From Psilocybe cubensis (lineage: Eukaryota), in contig CM038998.1 in NCBI GenBank assembly GCA_017499595.2, positions 1,116,001 through 1,180,000 on the forward strand: 64,000 bases of DNA. Reading direction: 5' to 3'. Position 1 is the stretch's first letter, and every line of letters begins with the position of its first letter. The notes below the pieces were generated by a model. That model made no database searches, had not been told where the DNA came from, and was given only the letters and a program-made list of their open reading frames with translations. The position numbers and the translations under genes were made by a program. Shown here in pieces: positions 27,211 through 40,903 of this stretch.

Positions 27211-27215
27211 TTTAC

Positions 27216-28129
27216 TTATGCAGACTCTGTGTATATTTTGCCCAGCCGGCAGCCCTGCACCCCGTTGCACAGCAGCACCCACTCGCCGTCTGAGATAGTG
27301 TCCCGTGTGAGAATGCCCTCTGTGTCCTCCAAGATACGCCCGTGCTCCAGCAGCCACCGCCGCATCACACCTGCCAGGCATCCCGTCCCTGCTCCAGGCG
27401 TCACCCACTGTCCACCCCGGTAGAACGACACATTGAAGATTGTCGTCTCCATCACCTGTCCGTCCCCGTTGTACAACAGCACGTCCCACCCACTGCCGTC
27501 ACACTGCCCCGCGTTGCGCTCCTTCACCCGCTCGTACACGTCCCGCAGCGTCGTCTTTGTCTCTGTAAAAATCGACGGCTCTGTCGGTTCCTTATCGATG
27601 TACACCTTCATTGGGGGGCCTGTCGGCCCGGCGTCTAATCCTTCATCGTTATCGCTCGCTGCGATCGCGATCGCAGAGGGCTCGGGCACCGTCGTTGGGT
27701 CCTCTGTCAGATTCTGCGCGAGAGGCGTAGCTGTAGCTGCGATCCGGCCCTCTTTCGTCACCGTGATGCGGAGCTGTGGATGTTGTAAAATTAGCGAAAA
27801 GTAAAAAAGACTTTTGCAAAAAAAAAAAAAACAAAAAGAAAAGAAAAGAAAAGGTTTACTTTGTATGCGGTGGAAGTATGCCCGCGTATGCGCTGTTCGA
27901 GTATAGCGTCGAGGCAGCTCGCTTTGAGGTATTCATATCGCAGTAGCGTTTTGGCGTAGAGCCAGCTGTGGGTGTCTGCGGCCTCGATGAGCCGCTCGAG
28001 GTGCAGAGGGAGCAGGAAAAACGGCGAGGGCCCGTCCTTGTCGTTGTTCCATCCAAAAGACGTCAGATAGGGGTCGTACCGCGTCGACGTGAGTAATTGG
28101 TACGGAGTCAAGCCAGCTGCTCCTTCCAT
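27216..28129 (-). CDS. Class IV PLP aminotransferase-like, probable 4-amino-4-deoxychorismate lyase (Abz2-like), 2 exons
   Basis: LLTSTRYDP, LLPLHLERL, TKTTLRDVYE (PLP Lys), DVLLYNGDGQVMETTIFNV, GCLAGVMRRWLL, LCNGVQG. Confidence 0.85.
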
Positions 28130-28317
28130 CCTGGCGAGATAGATCATAGGAATGCGGAGAGATGAATCTAGGCAGGTTCTGGGCCCTCTTTCTACAAATA
28201 CACTCCTGCCCATTGGCTCACCCACTTGAAAATGATGTAATGCAACACGGTCACTTGAGTTTACATTTTCGTTAACTACTATTTACATGACAAGTATCTA
28301 TTTATTCAATAACTTTA

Positions 28318-29689
28318 TCAGACTTCAACCGCGATTTTCGCGTCAGCGTCCACCTGTGCGGATGTGTTAGCATCTAGGTTTTTCAAGAGTAAAGATAGAA
28401 AACTTGCAGTTTGTGCCGCGAAAGTCTGGCTCTGCTGTTGCAGCCTGAACGCGTTCGCACTAGTCCCGTTTCCAATCTCCGACGTGTTCTGCGCATTCGC
28501 GCTCGCAGCCTTGAGCTCTGCACGCGAGTTAAGAGTATCCAACAAAGTCTATCATGCATACGCAATCAGCCAAACAAAAAAACAATGCTGACACCGCGGA
28601 AAAGCCGTACGTTGGTATAAATACGTCCAATGGGGTACGCGAACATGGCGTACAGGTTCGTGTTGCGGTGGAGCACGAAGCTGAACAGGTCTGCGAGTGC
28701 GAAGAGCGAGGCGAAAAGGCCTGTTTGGATCGCTCCGCGGATGAGGCGGTTGACGACGGTGTCGGTCTTGCGGAAGCCCGTGCGCGAGCGCGCGAGTACG
28801 TAGGTCAGTACAGCTGGAAAAATGGTTATTTTCGATGTGGAGAGAGAGAGGGATAAGTAAAGCGTACTGGTTATGGTGAGATCTGCGGCGGTTTGGAATC
28901 CGAGCCAGCAGATGACGTAGGGAGTGAGAGGAGCAAAGTATGCGACTCTACAGGAAAAAAAAAGTCAGTGATTATTCCAATTTTGGAAGATAGAACGACT
29001 TACTTGTCGATGATCCCAGAGCGGACTCCGGCGTATACACCAAATATGAATCCAGTCAAACTGAACAGGCCAATGATGCCTACAATGGTGTAGTTCTTGG
29101 TCAGGAGAAGAACGCTGAAAGGCATGGTTAGATTTTGGGTTAGAGTAAAAATATGGAAGATGTACCGATGGCCCAAGAAGAATTGGGTGAAGATGGCAGC
29201 GACGGATGTGGCGACAGCTGTGAAAGGGATTGTCCATCCTACCGCTGTTATTGGATGAGCAGAGTTCTAATTTAGTGGTGGAGCAGAGCTTACATCCCAA
29301 AGCTGCCGGGTTGGCATAGTTGGTGACTCCAGTTTGCCAAGCAGCATAAACAGCCCTGTTAATTGGTCAGATATCTTCCCTAAAATATTTTCCAGCTGAC
29401 TTACACGGCGCTGTGAATCGTATCAACCACGAAGAGAATTCCAACGATGGATTTGATCCAAAGTGCGTCGTTGAACTCTGCGTGTCTCCATCAGAAAATA
29501 CTATCCGAGTAAGATAAATATGAAGCATACTCGTGTTGCGATACACCAGGAACTGGTACGTCACCAAACCGTAGAGGTAGGTGTTGACTAAAAATACATC
29601 AGTTTCATACATACGACCGAAGTACTATTTCGACACGCACAGAGAATACCAAGGAGGAGAACGCCAACGGTGGTATCGAAAGCACCCAT
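28318..29689 (-). CDS. Multi-pass membrane protein, basidiomycete DUF6534-like family
   Basis: MGAFDTTVGVLLLG..NTYLYGLVTYQ, LFVVDTIHS, TGFRKTDTVVNRLIRGAIQTG, GRIYTN|TLLDTLNSR. Confidence 0.8.
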
Positions 29690-31879
29690 TTTAGCCGACG
29701 TACAGAGGTAGGTACTGTAGAGGAGGAAGATAGGCGAAGGGGGAGCTGGGGTGGATTCCAACGACGAACCAAACACCACCGAAAGTCAAGGGCGTTTTAA
29801 ACTGTCTGTGAGCAGGTACAGAGGGGGAAAAACTAGTCCAAAACAAGCGGCAGGGTAACGTTAACGCGATTCAATGAGATGAGATAACTGTGAATTTAAT
29901 TGAGATCCACATTCCGTCAAGGGTGTTCGATGGGTAAGGGTCGGCACAGGGCCTGTCCTGTCCTGTCCTGTTGAAACCTAGACCGAAACAAATGGATGAA
30001 TTCAGTCCAGTGAGCTTTAGATTGAGCTTTGGCGAGCGAAAGGACGCCGCGAAGATATGCATTTAGTTTTTTACGTTGGGGTGTTTGGTGATTCGTTGAT
30101 TGTGTACAGGTGTGATTATAATATCAGAATGTGGGAGAGACGCTAGAAGGCACAGCGCTGGTTTTTTCCTTTGAATTCTTTCGAGTTTCCCCCGCTCGAA
30201 GCGTTGGACTTGAGACGGAGATGGTCAAGGCTGGGAATGGATGTCATGAGAATTTTGGACTTTGCAGGTAACTTAATTGTCTGTCCATGATGCCTGCCAG
30301 AGAGAAGGCGGGTTTAAGTCGTAGAGGCAATAATGTTCGCGGCTGAGCCGAAATGCACACTTTGTCAAGCTGGCTATCAGACGGAGGAAACGCTGGAGTA
30401 TCGGATGGACACGATCCGGGATGCGGAGCAGGTAAAATTTTCAGAGGTCAAAGTTATGTTGTGAATGCTTTTCTTCACGTTATGGTTTTCGCTAAGTAGA
30501 TTTTGACTGACGTTTTTTGTTGGTGGACAAGGTGAGAAAGAAGTTTCTGTGGCGGTGTCATGGGTAAGTCCGGAGCTGGAGCCGGCGGCCGAGCAAACAT
30601 TCATCGTCGCCGGAGGTGACGCCGTTCGTCCATTGATTCGCACAACCCTGCATGGGTTGTTCCCTTTCAGAGCCTTTCAGCCACTCGTCCACTTGGCCAA
30701 TGCTGTTTCGCGATTGATTTCGCCGCTTTTTCACAATCGACATCGATTATGACGGATATGCACACTTGTTGTTTCTGTGAAGCGGACCGCGTTGGTACCC
30801 TTGTTGGAGCATCAATGTGAAAATTTCTTGCTGGAGTTCAATGCACTGTGGTCCACGCAATGGAAGGCGTCTAAATATCTGGGGACAAAACTTGTCGGTG
30901 TCTGTAGACTGTGACGACTCGGAGCCTCGAGGGCGGGAAACCCAAAGTGTCTGTCCATGTCCAAACAATTTTTTGACATCGGGGCAGCCCGAATTGCGGA
31001 TAGACCCTACTCCCATTCCCACAGAATCACCTACACCGTATACGAGAAGAAAGAAAGAAAAAAACCTTGACGCATAACTCTATTCAACGTTAATACCATT
31101 CAGTTCAGTTCAAGTCGATGGACCGGAAATACTTAATGGAGTCTAGAGTCTCTGACTTAGCGTTCTTTTCCTTTGCGTAAAGGCGAGGGTTTTCTGATTG
31201 ATTAATTGGCCTTTTATTTCGAGGGTTTTATTTTCTGCGCTAGCGTTTCGCCCCGCTCGATTTCGAAGGGTTGAACGTATGGATTTTTCTAGCTCGCGCG
31301 GTAGCGCGCGGTCAGCGTACCAGAGCGCGTGCGCCGTGCGGCGACTACAGTAACAGGTGGAACGCACTAACAGGACGCGTTAAGCCATCCCAGGTGGGAC
31401 GCCGCGGTCTAGATGTTACGTTGTCAGGCACACCAAATGGAAAAGATGGCTGATTGCTGATCTGGTGCCCGGTGGATTAGTGCGCGTACAACTATAACCT
31501 GCGAACATGATCTCCTCAACCCCATTAGCGAAGCGCGAACAGGTCATGTTGCATTGATCTCAAACTCCAGAGGGGGCCCCATAGACCGGGGAAGGACTTG
31601 CGACCCTGGAATAGGAAGTTATGGAACCTTCGAACGGCGAACGGCGCTCTGTACAACCCCAATGAGGTTTATGAAAAAAAAACGGCGGGGTTGGTGTAGA
31701 CCTTGAGAGCGATTCGCTCGCTTAGGAGCTCACTAATATGGTCCTGGAGCATCAAGGGTGCATATACCGCATCATTTAAAGCAGATATCGCTTGGGCATC
31801 GCAGCAACCCATATCTTAGAGGCCATCGCTCTAGCTTTCGACGATACACTGCAATCGCGACTTTATACTGGCACCTACC

Positions 31880-33882
31880 ATGACCTCGATATCTGAACTT
31901 AGCAGCCTACAAAAGACGCTGAACGCGGCAATTGACACGTTCAAGGCTGAGCTCGCCGCGCAGAATATGCCTGAGCTCTCGTTGAACACGTCCAAGCCGC
32001 ATCCCATCGATGATCTCGCCTTCATCCCAACGCCAGCGATGTTCGAGGCTCGTCGCGCTGCACTTGCCAGTTTGGTGTGTATTTTTTTTCCTGCTGCAGA
32101 TTAACTTTAAGGCTTATCTGGATTTATTTGCGTGTAGGGTCTTATCAAATCGTTGATTCAGTCTCCGTATGATGCGCTTACAGCGAATACGTGGATGGTT
32201 ATGGAAGTTGCTGGTGTCCGACTTACTGCTGAGATCGGTCTGGCGTCTATCCTGGGAGACTCGGAAGAAGGTTTGAGCATCAAGGAGATCGCTGAGAAAA
32301 CAGGCGTTGATGAGTTGAAACTTGGTGCGTAGATTGCCTTTTAACTTGACCATGATTAATGATTGACTTGGTTTGTTATATTTTTGTAGAACGCGTCTTG
32401 CGCCTTTTGATCACTCAAGGATGGTTCCGCGAACCAAAGCAGGGATATTTTGCTAATAACCGTCTGAGCAATCTGATCAAGAAGGGCTTGCCAGGATTCC
32501 ACCTTGCAACTTATATGTACGTGCTCCCAACGATCGTGCTGCAAGCTCCCTGAATTGAACTTGAAATTTATTAGGAACGAACTCTTCATGAAAGTTGCGA
32601 CCAACTTCCCAGAGATGATCAATCATCCTGACCCGGAATTCCGCAAGAACACGGACCCGCTGCATACGGCATTCCAGCTCGCGTACAAGACCGATATCAG
32701 CTACTTTGGTGCCGACGGATGGCTGACGAAAGACCCTGAAGAAGCTGTTAAATTTGGACAATCGTAAGTTTGGCTTCGGTTCTTCTTTTGTGGGGTAATA
32801 GCGGCGTGATAACGAGTTGGAGCTGACGTTAACTCTTTTCTTCAATTTTTTCTTTCGATTCCTTTGCTATGCTTCTGTACGAATCTTCTGTTTGGGTGCG
32901 GTGGCGTTGTTGACCTAATAGTATGGTGGCTGTCGGGCCTACATCGGATCCCGGTGTTGTTGCAGACTTTGCATGGGATGAGATTGCGAAAGACAAGGAT
33001 GGTATTGTGGACGTTGGAGGAGGACAGGGCTCACTATGCTGCTCACTCGCAGCCAAGTAAGTGATTTTCTTCGATGATATTTGTTATTTTGAAGCTAAAT
33101 TATCGCCATAGGTACCCCAACATTAAGAAATTCGTTGTTCAGGATCTGCCTGAGACACGTGAAGGAGCCGAGGCCTACATTGCATCGAAAGGACTTACAG
33201 GACGCGTGGAGTTTGAGGTACAAGATTTCTTCAAGCCACAACAGCGTAAAGGAAAATATGTCTACGTGATGCAGCGAGGTTTGTATTTTTTTTTCAGTTT
33301 ATTTTTTGTTATTAAAAATCGTCTTGGATAGTTCTGCACGACTGGAGCACTGAGAAAGGCGCGATCATGATCAAACAAATTCGAGATGTTTTGAATGAAG
33401 ATGTTCGTGGTCTCCCATCAGTTCTGGTTTCATTATACTTACCAAAATCCATTCCGTAGAGTTGTCTGTTAATTGTTGATACCGTGATTCAACCGGGAGT
33501 TGTCTCTTCTGAAGGCCAGGACCTCGTCCAATCGCTGTTGAAGCTGAACAAGAGCGTTTATCAACCGGTGCCACCTCCTGAATTTATCCCCGTTGATTTT
33601 GGAGAGGCCAGTCGTATTCAGCACCAGATTAATGTTGCGTTGACTGCTCTGTGCAATTGTGAGGACTTTCTTGATTTTTTGGGGGAGCTTGTGCTGACTG
33701 TATTTGATGATAGCGTTTGAGAGGACTTTGCCGCAGTTGCAGGAGATGGTAGAGCTTGGCGGAATGAAGATCAAGAAGGTTAATGCTACCAGGTATATTT
33801 TTTTCTTCCGCAGTTTTATCCTTGATTTGACCTTCTCGTCCGCAGGGGTTGGGCATCAATCACGGAAGTCGTCCCAGCTTGA
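31880..33882 (+). CDS. SAM-dependent O-methyltransferase (Methyltransf_2 with N-terminal dimerisation helix-turn-helix), multi-exon
   Basis: GLSIKEIAEKTGVDELKL|ERVLRLL, FANNRLS, VDVGGGQG, FVVQDLP, QDFFKPQ, LHDWS, ERTLPQLQEM. Confidence 0.9.
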
Positions 33883-34619
33883 TTGTGGTCATGTACATTT
33901 TTTTTATTTTTTATCTTACTTGAGGGACATTGAAATCAAAAATGTATGTATCATCTTTGCGGAATAAAAAATCATCATAAGATCGTTGCATAGGAGCTGC
34001 TTACTGATTGGTGACTATCTAATGACGGTTGCATATCTGTGTTTTTCTGCAAACTGCTGAAGACCATCTTTTAATGAGATAGTGGACATTATTTATCAGC
34101 TGATAAGATATCAATATCATGAAGATGGATACTAGATGGAAATACGGTATCCTGACTTATGAAGTGACTATGATAAAGTGCGAACTCTGGAACAGCATCA
34201 AGGGGCCATTTTTCAAGTCAGGCTTCTCTAGTAGATCCGCAAGGCGGTGTAATTTTTCGGCGCCTTCAAAGTGACTTGGAGCACTGTGGGCGCTTCCATC
34301 GTCACGACTCATGCTTGAAGGACCAAATATTCAGTAAACTGAGAGGTTACAAGAATGCTTATAAAGACACTTACGCGTCGAGGAGCTGAAGTGTATGAGA
34401 TAGAATGCTCGAGTTGAATGAATTGTGCCACCAATCGCCGAGCTTTGTTTGGTGTCGTCGTCAGCGCTTACGGACCGGGCGGCAATGTGACAGTGACGGC
34501 ACGGCGGTGCTTGAAACCGAAAGAGTCATTAGGTCTGATTGCTCTTCTGCTGCGGCCACCTCCTCTTTTCTTAACAACTTGAATCATCTCTTTGCTTTGT
34601 GTCCTCTTTATTCTGCCAC

Positions 34620-37600
34620 ATGTTTACTATCAAAATCACGTATCGAGGGCTGACTCGAAGACACACCTTCCCAGACACCAATACTTTCCCCAGTTACGAC
34701 GATATCTCCACCCAAGTGAGTCTCACGTTCAAAGACTCGTCCCAGATAACGACAACGACTAATACATTTCCCCAGCTAAATCACTCCTTTTCTTTATCTA
34801 ACAATGTTTATTATTCCAAACTATTATTTTCTCCCGATGCTGCCCAGCCTTCTCGCATCTTAATCGGCAAGGAAGTTCACAACGCGTACGAGTATAACAA
34901 GTGCATTCGCCAGTTCAGGAATCGTTCTTGGCCCCATGCTATGCTGAGATTCACAATCATAGACGTGTCCTCTCGCGTTGCTGAAACTACTTGTGAGTAC
35001 TATGCTTTCTAAGCATTTATCTGTCCACTCTTTATTAATAACCGGTTCCCCCTTTCTAGCCTTGCCGACGACGAGCACAATCTATACTCGGTTCCCTCCT
35101 GTCGGCCCTCGAGTGGCATTCTCCTCTGCGAACGCCATTGAAAGTCAGACTAATGCAATGGACGTCGATTCCACCCCCGCACCCTCGGCAACCCGCAGTG
35201 TCTCTATGAGACAAACTAGGCCGCAGCCTGTTCGACCGGCTGCGCAGCGCAGGGCATCAGATGTTGCTTGTTGCTCGGCTAAAAGTGCCAACGAGGACAT
35301 GCGCGTCATCTTGACCGAGTTTAAAGACATTGTCGACAGCGCGTTAGCCACCAATCTCTCCATGATGACAAATGGCTCCAATACTGCTAATGAGGCACCG
35401 CCTCCGTCGGTCTGTTCAAATTGCACTAGAAACATTGGAGCAGTCCGTAACGGTCATGGGGATTGGTACTCGTGTGAGAACTGCCATGTTGTGGTGGTGA
35501 GTAACTATTTTCCTTGGCTTATTTTTATTGTAAAATTGACAATATCCTAAGTGTGATTCGTGCCATATCGTCGACAAGCCTGCTGGCTTCTGTTTGAGCA
35601 ACATGGGGACACATCAGATGAAGTTAGCTAGCGCATCAGACGCTCGAGGATCTAATCTACCCATTCCTCATCTTCCAACACCATGGGATAGATTCATGAC
35701 AGGGCCACCTAGTTCATCAACCCCGCAATCATCTTCTCCATCCAATACCACTCCACAAGTTCCTGTAGACTCTTCGAATCCTACACCTGTGGTTCATGTA
35801 GGTATTATATGTGATGTTTGCAACAAGGTCGTTGAAGGTGTTCGCCACAAATGCCTCGATTGTCCCGGTGTGTTAATTGCATCTTTCATTGTTGAATCGA
35901 ATCTAAGACGCTTTGTTTGAAGACTATGATTTATGCGATTCGTGCATTGGAAATGGTGCCGCTGAAGCGCACAACCCTTTCCACGAGTTCTTTGACATAC
36001 TGGAACCAGGCAGGGTTATTGTCCATACAGTCTTCAACGGTGATAGCGACAGAGAGACAGCAAGGCCGTCTCAAAGGCGGTCATCAGCATCAGCATCCGT
36101 TCCTGCCCCCGAGCCCGCTGCGCCTTCATCTCCGGCTGTCCACCCTGCCACTTGTGACCTCTGCGAATCGCGAATCATTGGCAATCGTTATGTACGTTTT
36201 CTGCCTGTCCGAGTGACTTTGCGGATGATTAATCATATGTTTAGAAATGTCTTGTATGTCCAGACTTCGATGCTTGCGACTCCTGTTTCAGGTAAGTTCA
36301 TCGTCTTATTTGGTACTTAGAAGCTTTCTGACCTTTATTTTATAGCATTACACCGGAGCAACATCCTCGACATGCTTTTGCCCGACTTCAAACCCCTGAA
36401 GATTATGTCGTAAGCATTGTCATCCGTTGTAAGGTTGCAATGAAAAACCTAATCATTCCGCAGCGTGCGCGCAATGTCACTAACCCAATGCATTACGCTA
36501 CTTGTGATGGTATGTTTTATGAATATCCGGGTGCAACATTTGTTTTCTAAGCGGCCTGTATCATAGGCTGTAACAAACCAATTTATGGTTGCAGATTCAA
36601 GGTAAGTATATCATCTCATACTTGGTAGTGAGCGCAAGCCAACAAAAATATAGTGCATGCATCCTGACTGCCCAGATTACGATCTTTGCGAAAGCTGTGA
36701 AGCGCTGCCAATTCCAGTCCACCCCCCTTTGCACCCTATGTTGAAGATGAGGCTGCCAGAATCTGTGATTCCGACAGTCTACAGAGTCGGTGAAAGGCAG
36801 GTAATCCCTGAGACTACGCCACGAGTCGTCACACAAGTGAAGACTCCTGTCGCTGAGTCCCCTGCCTCAAAGCCAACGGTGCCACCCAAGTCTCCAGTGC
36901 CTGTCCCTACGGAACCATTGGTTAACCCTTTCCTTCATGACGACGAGCGAGTCAAGACTCCAACACCTTCTGCAAAGCCCTCTTCACCTATCAAGGCATC
37001 CCCAGCTAAACCTCCACCTGTACCACCGAAGCCGGAAATGATCTCACATGCATCATGGGCCTCGATTCCTGGGTTCTTCGGGTCCTCTGCACAATGGGAA
37101 ATCAGACCTCCACACCCGTATGAACATTATCCACCAGTGTCGGATAACCTTGGTGATATCTTCCAACCCAAGGCTTCATTGGGCAACCCTTTCGCAGACA
37201 TTCCTCTCTTGAATGTCTCAACGATTTCGGCTGCACCGACCTTTGGTCCAGTCCCAAAGACCACGCCGAACTTGCCACCTGTTGCATCATCAGAAATTAC
37301 TTTGCCCACTGTACCGAATCATACACCGATGAACCCATGGCCTACAACCAATGCGGCAGAACGTCAGGAGCTTTTGCAGCTCATTGCCAATGCTTCAGGA
37401 TCCCATGGCCCGCCCGTCGTCCCTGCAGAGCAAACTGCTAAACCACTTACGCCGCCTGCACCGCCTGTCGAGCACCTTGTTTCTATCCATGAAATCTCTG
37501 ACAGTAATCCTGAGCCTTCTTCCAAGTCCGAAAAATCACAGACTGTATCTCCGCGCGACTTTTCTAACCTTTCGTTGTCACATTTGTTGCATGACCTTGA

Positions 37601-38714
37601 GGACCGAGTCGCTTCTTTGAAAGCCAATAGTGACGTTGACGAAGATAAGCTTCCTAGCGTCACAGGGTCATCTCTATCGGAGGAGGCTCTCCTCAAACGA
37701 CCAACTTCAGAACCCTCGATGTCTAATAACACACTCTCGTATCCTCCCTCTCTTGCGCACTTGATCGCTGAACTGCCCACCCTTGTTCCCAAGGCAGCTG
37801 ATGTTCTTCCTCCATCATCACTAACAACCGATGCAAAGGAAGCCACTCTCCCTCTTGTCCCTTTGAGTGCATCTTTCATCGAAGACGTGACGGTGCCAGA
37901 TGGTCAAGTGTTCCCTCCTGGCGCAGAGTTCGTGAAATGCTGGCGGCTGCGCAATGATAGCACCCGAGACTGGCCGGAGTCGACACAGTTGGTATTTGTT
38001 GCTGGAGAATCGCTGGCGACCCAGAAAGGCGAGTTGGCTGTTGAGTTGGGTAAGGTTGAAGCCGGTAAGGAAATTGATGTGTGGACGGGAGAATTAAAGG
38101 TTTGTAGCATCCTCGTTCTTCCATATTTTTTTGCTTCATGTGATACTTATGCTTTGACTTTTCAGGCTCCCGAAGGTCCTGGGCGATACGTAGGTTATTG
38201 GAGATTGAAAGCTAACGGTGAATTATTTGGAAGTAGCTTATGGATTGAGTGCGTTGTTGTCATTCGCTAATTGTTTCATCGCAACCTCTAATTTTTTTTA
38301 ATTTTTAGAATCAATGTAGTGGAAGCGGACCACCACTCTTCCGACGAGTCTTCTATGGCGGCTTCCTCTGTTATCATGCCGCAGTCGTCAGCAATCGCCC
38401 AGGATGGTGCAAGCCGCCAAGCTGTTTCTTCTACCGTACAATCCGCCGCTGGGGATACGTCCACCATTTCCACTGAGGATGACCTCTCCGATGCTGGCTC
38501 TGACATTTCGTTGATCAGCATGCCATCCTCGCCATCTGACGATGAGGACGAAGGACTCTTCCACGATAGCCGTTCGTTCATCACTGCCGAGTCCGCCGCC
38601 GCCGCTTCTGTGGTCGCCTCTTCTTCTAGGACTCGCAGTGTTCAGAACTCTCGTCTCTCATCGGCTATGGATTATGTACTCCTGTACGACGATACATCTT
38701 CTTCCGAGGATTGA
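34620..38714 (+). CDS. NBR1: NBR1-like selective autophagy receptor: PB1-like N-terminus, four ZZ zinc fingers, FW (four-Trp) domain, C-terminal AIM/LIR
   Basis: ZZ motifs CDVCNKVVEGVRHKCLDCP|DYDLC, CDLCESRIIGNRY|KCLVCPDFDAC, CD|GCNKPIYGCRFK|CMHPDCPDYDLC; FW domain DVTVPDGQVFPPGAEFVKCWRLRN...GRYVGYWRL...FGSSLWIE; terminal DYVLL. Confidence 0.9.
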
Positions 38715-39722
38715 TCTCACGACAAGGTAAATCAACAAGTGTATTTGTATCATCACATTATCCGGTCATATTGCTCGAACCTTATTCATGCGTCGTCTTT
38801 CATTTTTTTAAACTAAACCCACTGTCTGTAAAACTACTTCCTGTCTCCCCTATTATGCGCTGTTGTTGTACTGTGCCATGATGTGGCCGATAAGTCATAC
38901 ACCCCATACTCAATTGTGTAGAAAAAGGGATGCCCATTTTATGTTGCTACATACACGTTCGGCAATATCAAGTTGGTTTTAATCCCAATTTTAAGGTCAT
39001 GCATGTTCTGGTGGAAGATACCGATGGCCATTCAAACTGGACACAAGTAAAAGGTAAAAATTTTGAATACAAACATTGTAGAAATGTCTCCACGACGTTC
39101 AGGTAAGGTTCAGCTCAAAGCTTCGACAAAGTTCAAGTGCCCAGTTGTCCTTCAGAAAAAATGAAACAAGTGCTCTGGAGTGAACGCATGGGAAGGAATC
39201 GTCTCCCCGAATGAGGCTACCTAACTTTTTCTATATCTCCAATTCTGTAAATTGTGAGGAATCCTTTAGGACCTGCTCGTTCCATGAGAGGAAGTTCCCC
39301 TTCTCTTGTTTCTGCAGTTGATACCGACTGGCTATGATTTGTTGGTGAGCCTCTAGAACGGTTGTTAGGGGAAATGATTCACTTCAACGTAAAACTGGCA
39401 TAATTGGCATCCTGAAGAAGCGTGGTTCACAAGAACCCTACTACCCTAGTTCTGGCCATTAAAATATAAATAAAAGTTCATGGTTGGTGCACAATCTGTG
39501 GCTTGCCGAGTCAAGCAGCAAAAAAACTATGTGATTGAATTGGCGAGGATGGGTTGCGTTGGACACACTGTAACACAACAAGAAAACCCCACAATAACTG
39601 ATGGCCACTGGGTATACAAGAGATTTAACCGTCACATTTCTCGGCTGTAAAAATGGAAATCGATCAAAGTCCCGAACAGGGCCAAAGGCCAATCCCTGAC
39701 AATAATGTCGAGGCAGACTGAA

Positions 39723-40903
39723 TCAAGAATGTGGTGGATCCTTGCGAGACCTCTTGGTCTGCAGGTGTTTCTTAGTATCAGAATCGGAACTACTTGACAT
39801 GCCATACTGAGAGTCGGATTTACGCTTGTTTCGAGAACTTTGTTGAAAGGTGAATAATTCTGGCCTGAATTTGTTGCTGCCTCCAATTTTCCAATCAGCT
39901 TCCGTGGTGGTGGAACAAACATCTCGACAGAGTTGGAGTGCCCAGCCTTTCTTCAAGTAAAGTGATAGAAGATGACTGGCCCGAACGTCCGGGAAATGTA
40001 TATGTTCTCGAATGATCTTATCCAACTTCTGGCATACTTGTGATTCTGTAGCATCTGGGAAATCGTTTAAGACTTGCTCATGCCACAGCATAAATGCCCT
40101 CTTGTCCCGGTCCTCCAGTTGGTAACGATTGCTGATAATTTGTTGGTATTTCCTTAGGATAGTTTCCAGGGGACGCGAAGTGAATTTCTGTTTGCGAACG
40201 GTATGGGTGTTCAAAATCCTGTCGTATTTGGTCTCGGAACACCACGTTCCAGTTTCGGTGTGTAGCACGTCGTTGTATACACCCCTCATAAGCGATTTAA
40301 TTGTGACAATAGACTGGCTGTGTTCACCATGCCTCATTGCCACCCAGAATAAAACATACCAAAAAGATTCTAAGTCATAGTCCTTCACGTGTGTTGGCGA
40401 CGCATCATCTTCACGCTCTCCTATAAGGCGGTAAGCCATGAATGGCCAGGTACCCTAATAAGACAGGATGAGCAACTAAGTAACAAATATAAATAAAATA
40501 CCCCACAGTTCGCTCAGGCAAACTAGCCTGCTGGCCGATGGTGGACTTATTTTGGTCCCAATCAACTAGAAGACCACGACTGTTCTCGTCGATCATTATG
40601 TTGTCTGAACTGATATCACGGTGGAGCATACGAGCCGACTCAAAAGCTTCATGGTGAGCTATACCAACAGATTTGTTAAGTTGCGCGTCTCTGAGGGGAC
40701 TTGGACAAATACTGTATACCATGAACTGCATCTGTAAATGCCGTTAAAAGTTCCCTGATGTGCGAAAACTGGGTCAAGGGTTTGGCATTTTTGTTGAAAG
40801 CAACGGTATAATGTTGAAATTTCGTGGTGCGTTCTGCCCAACTACCGCATTTCGGAATGTGGGGCTTTGCTACCAAGTAGGTTTTTGTTTGCTGAGGCTG
40901 CAT
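39723..40903 (-). CDS. Fungal FunK1 (Pkinase_fungal) kinase, N-lobe-truncated copy A (3 exons; gene or pseudogene)
   Basis: KPLTQFSHIRELLTAFTDAV|AHHEAFESARMLHRDISSDNIMI..GLLVDWD..PERT|GTWPFMAYRL..DYDLESFWYVLFW; no N-lobe upstream. Confidence 0.75.

Noticed and set aside
25522-27489. Long antisense ORFs (293, 209, 274 aa) opposite UTP13 and ADC lyase
   Set aside because: Shadow ORFs expected from GC-rich codon usage; no recognisable motifs
30333-30450. Short ORF MFAAEPKCTLCQAGYQTEETLEYRMDTIR resembling a C2H2 zinc finger
   Set aside because: Both His ligand positions are Arg and I could not build a convincing spliced gene; at most a decayed remnant
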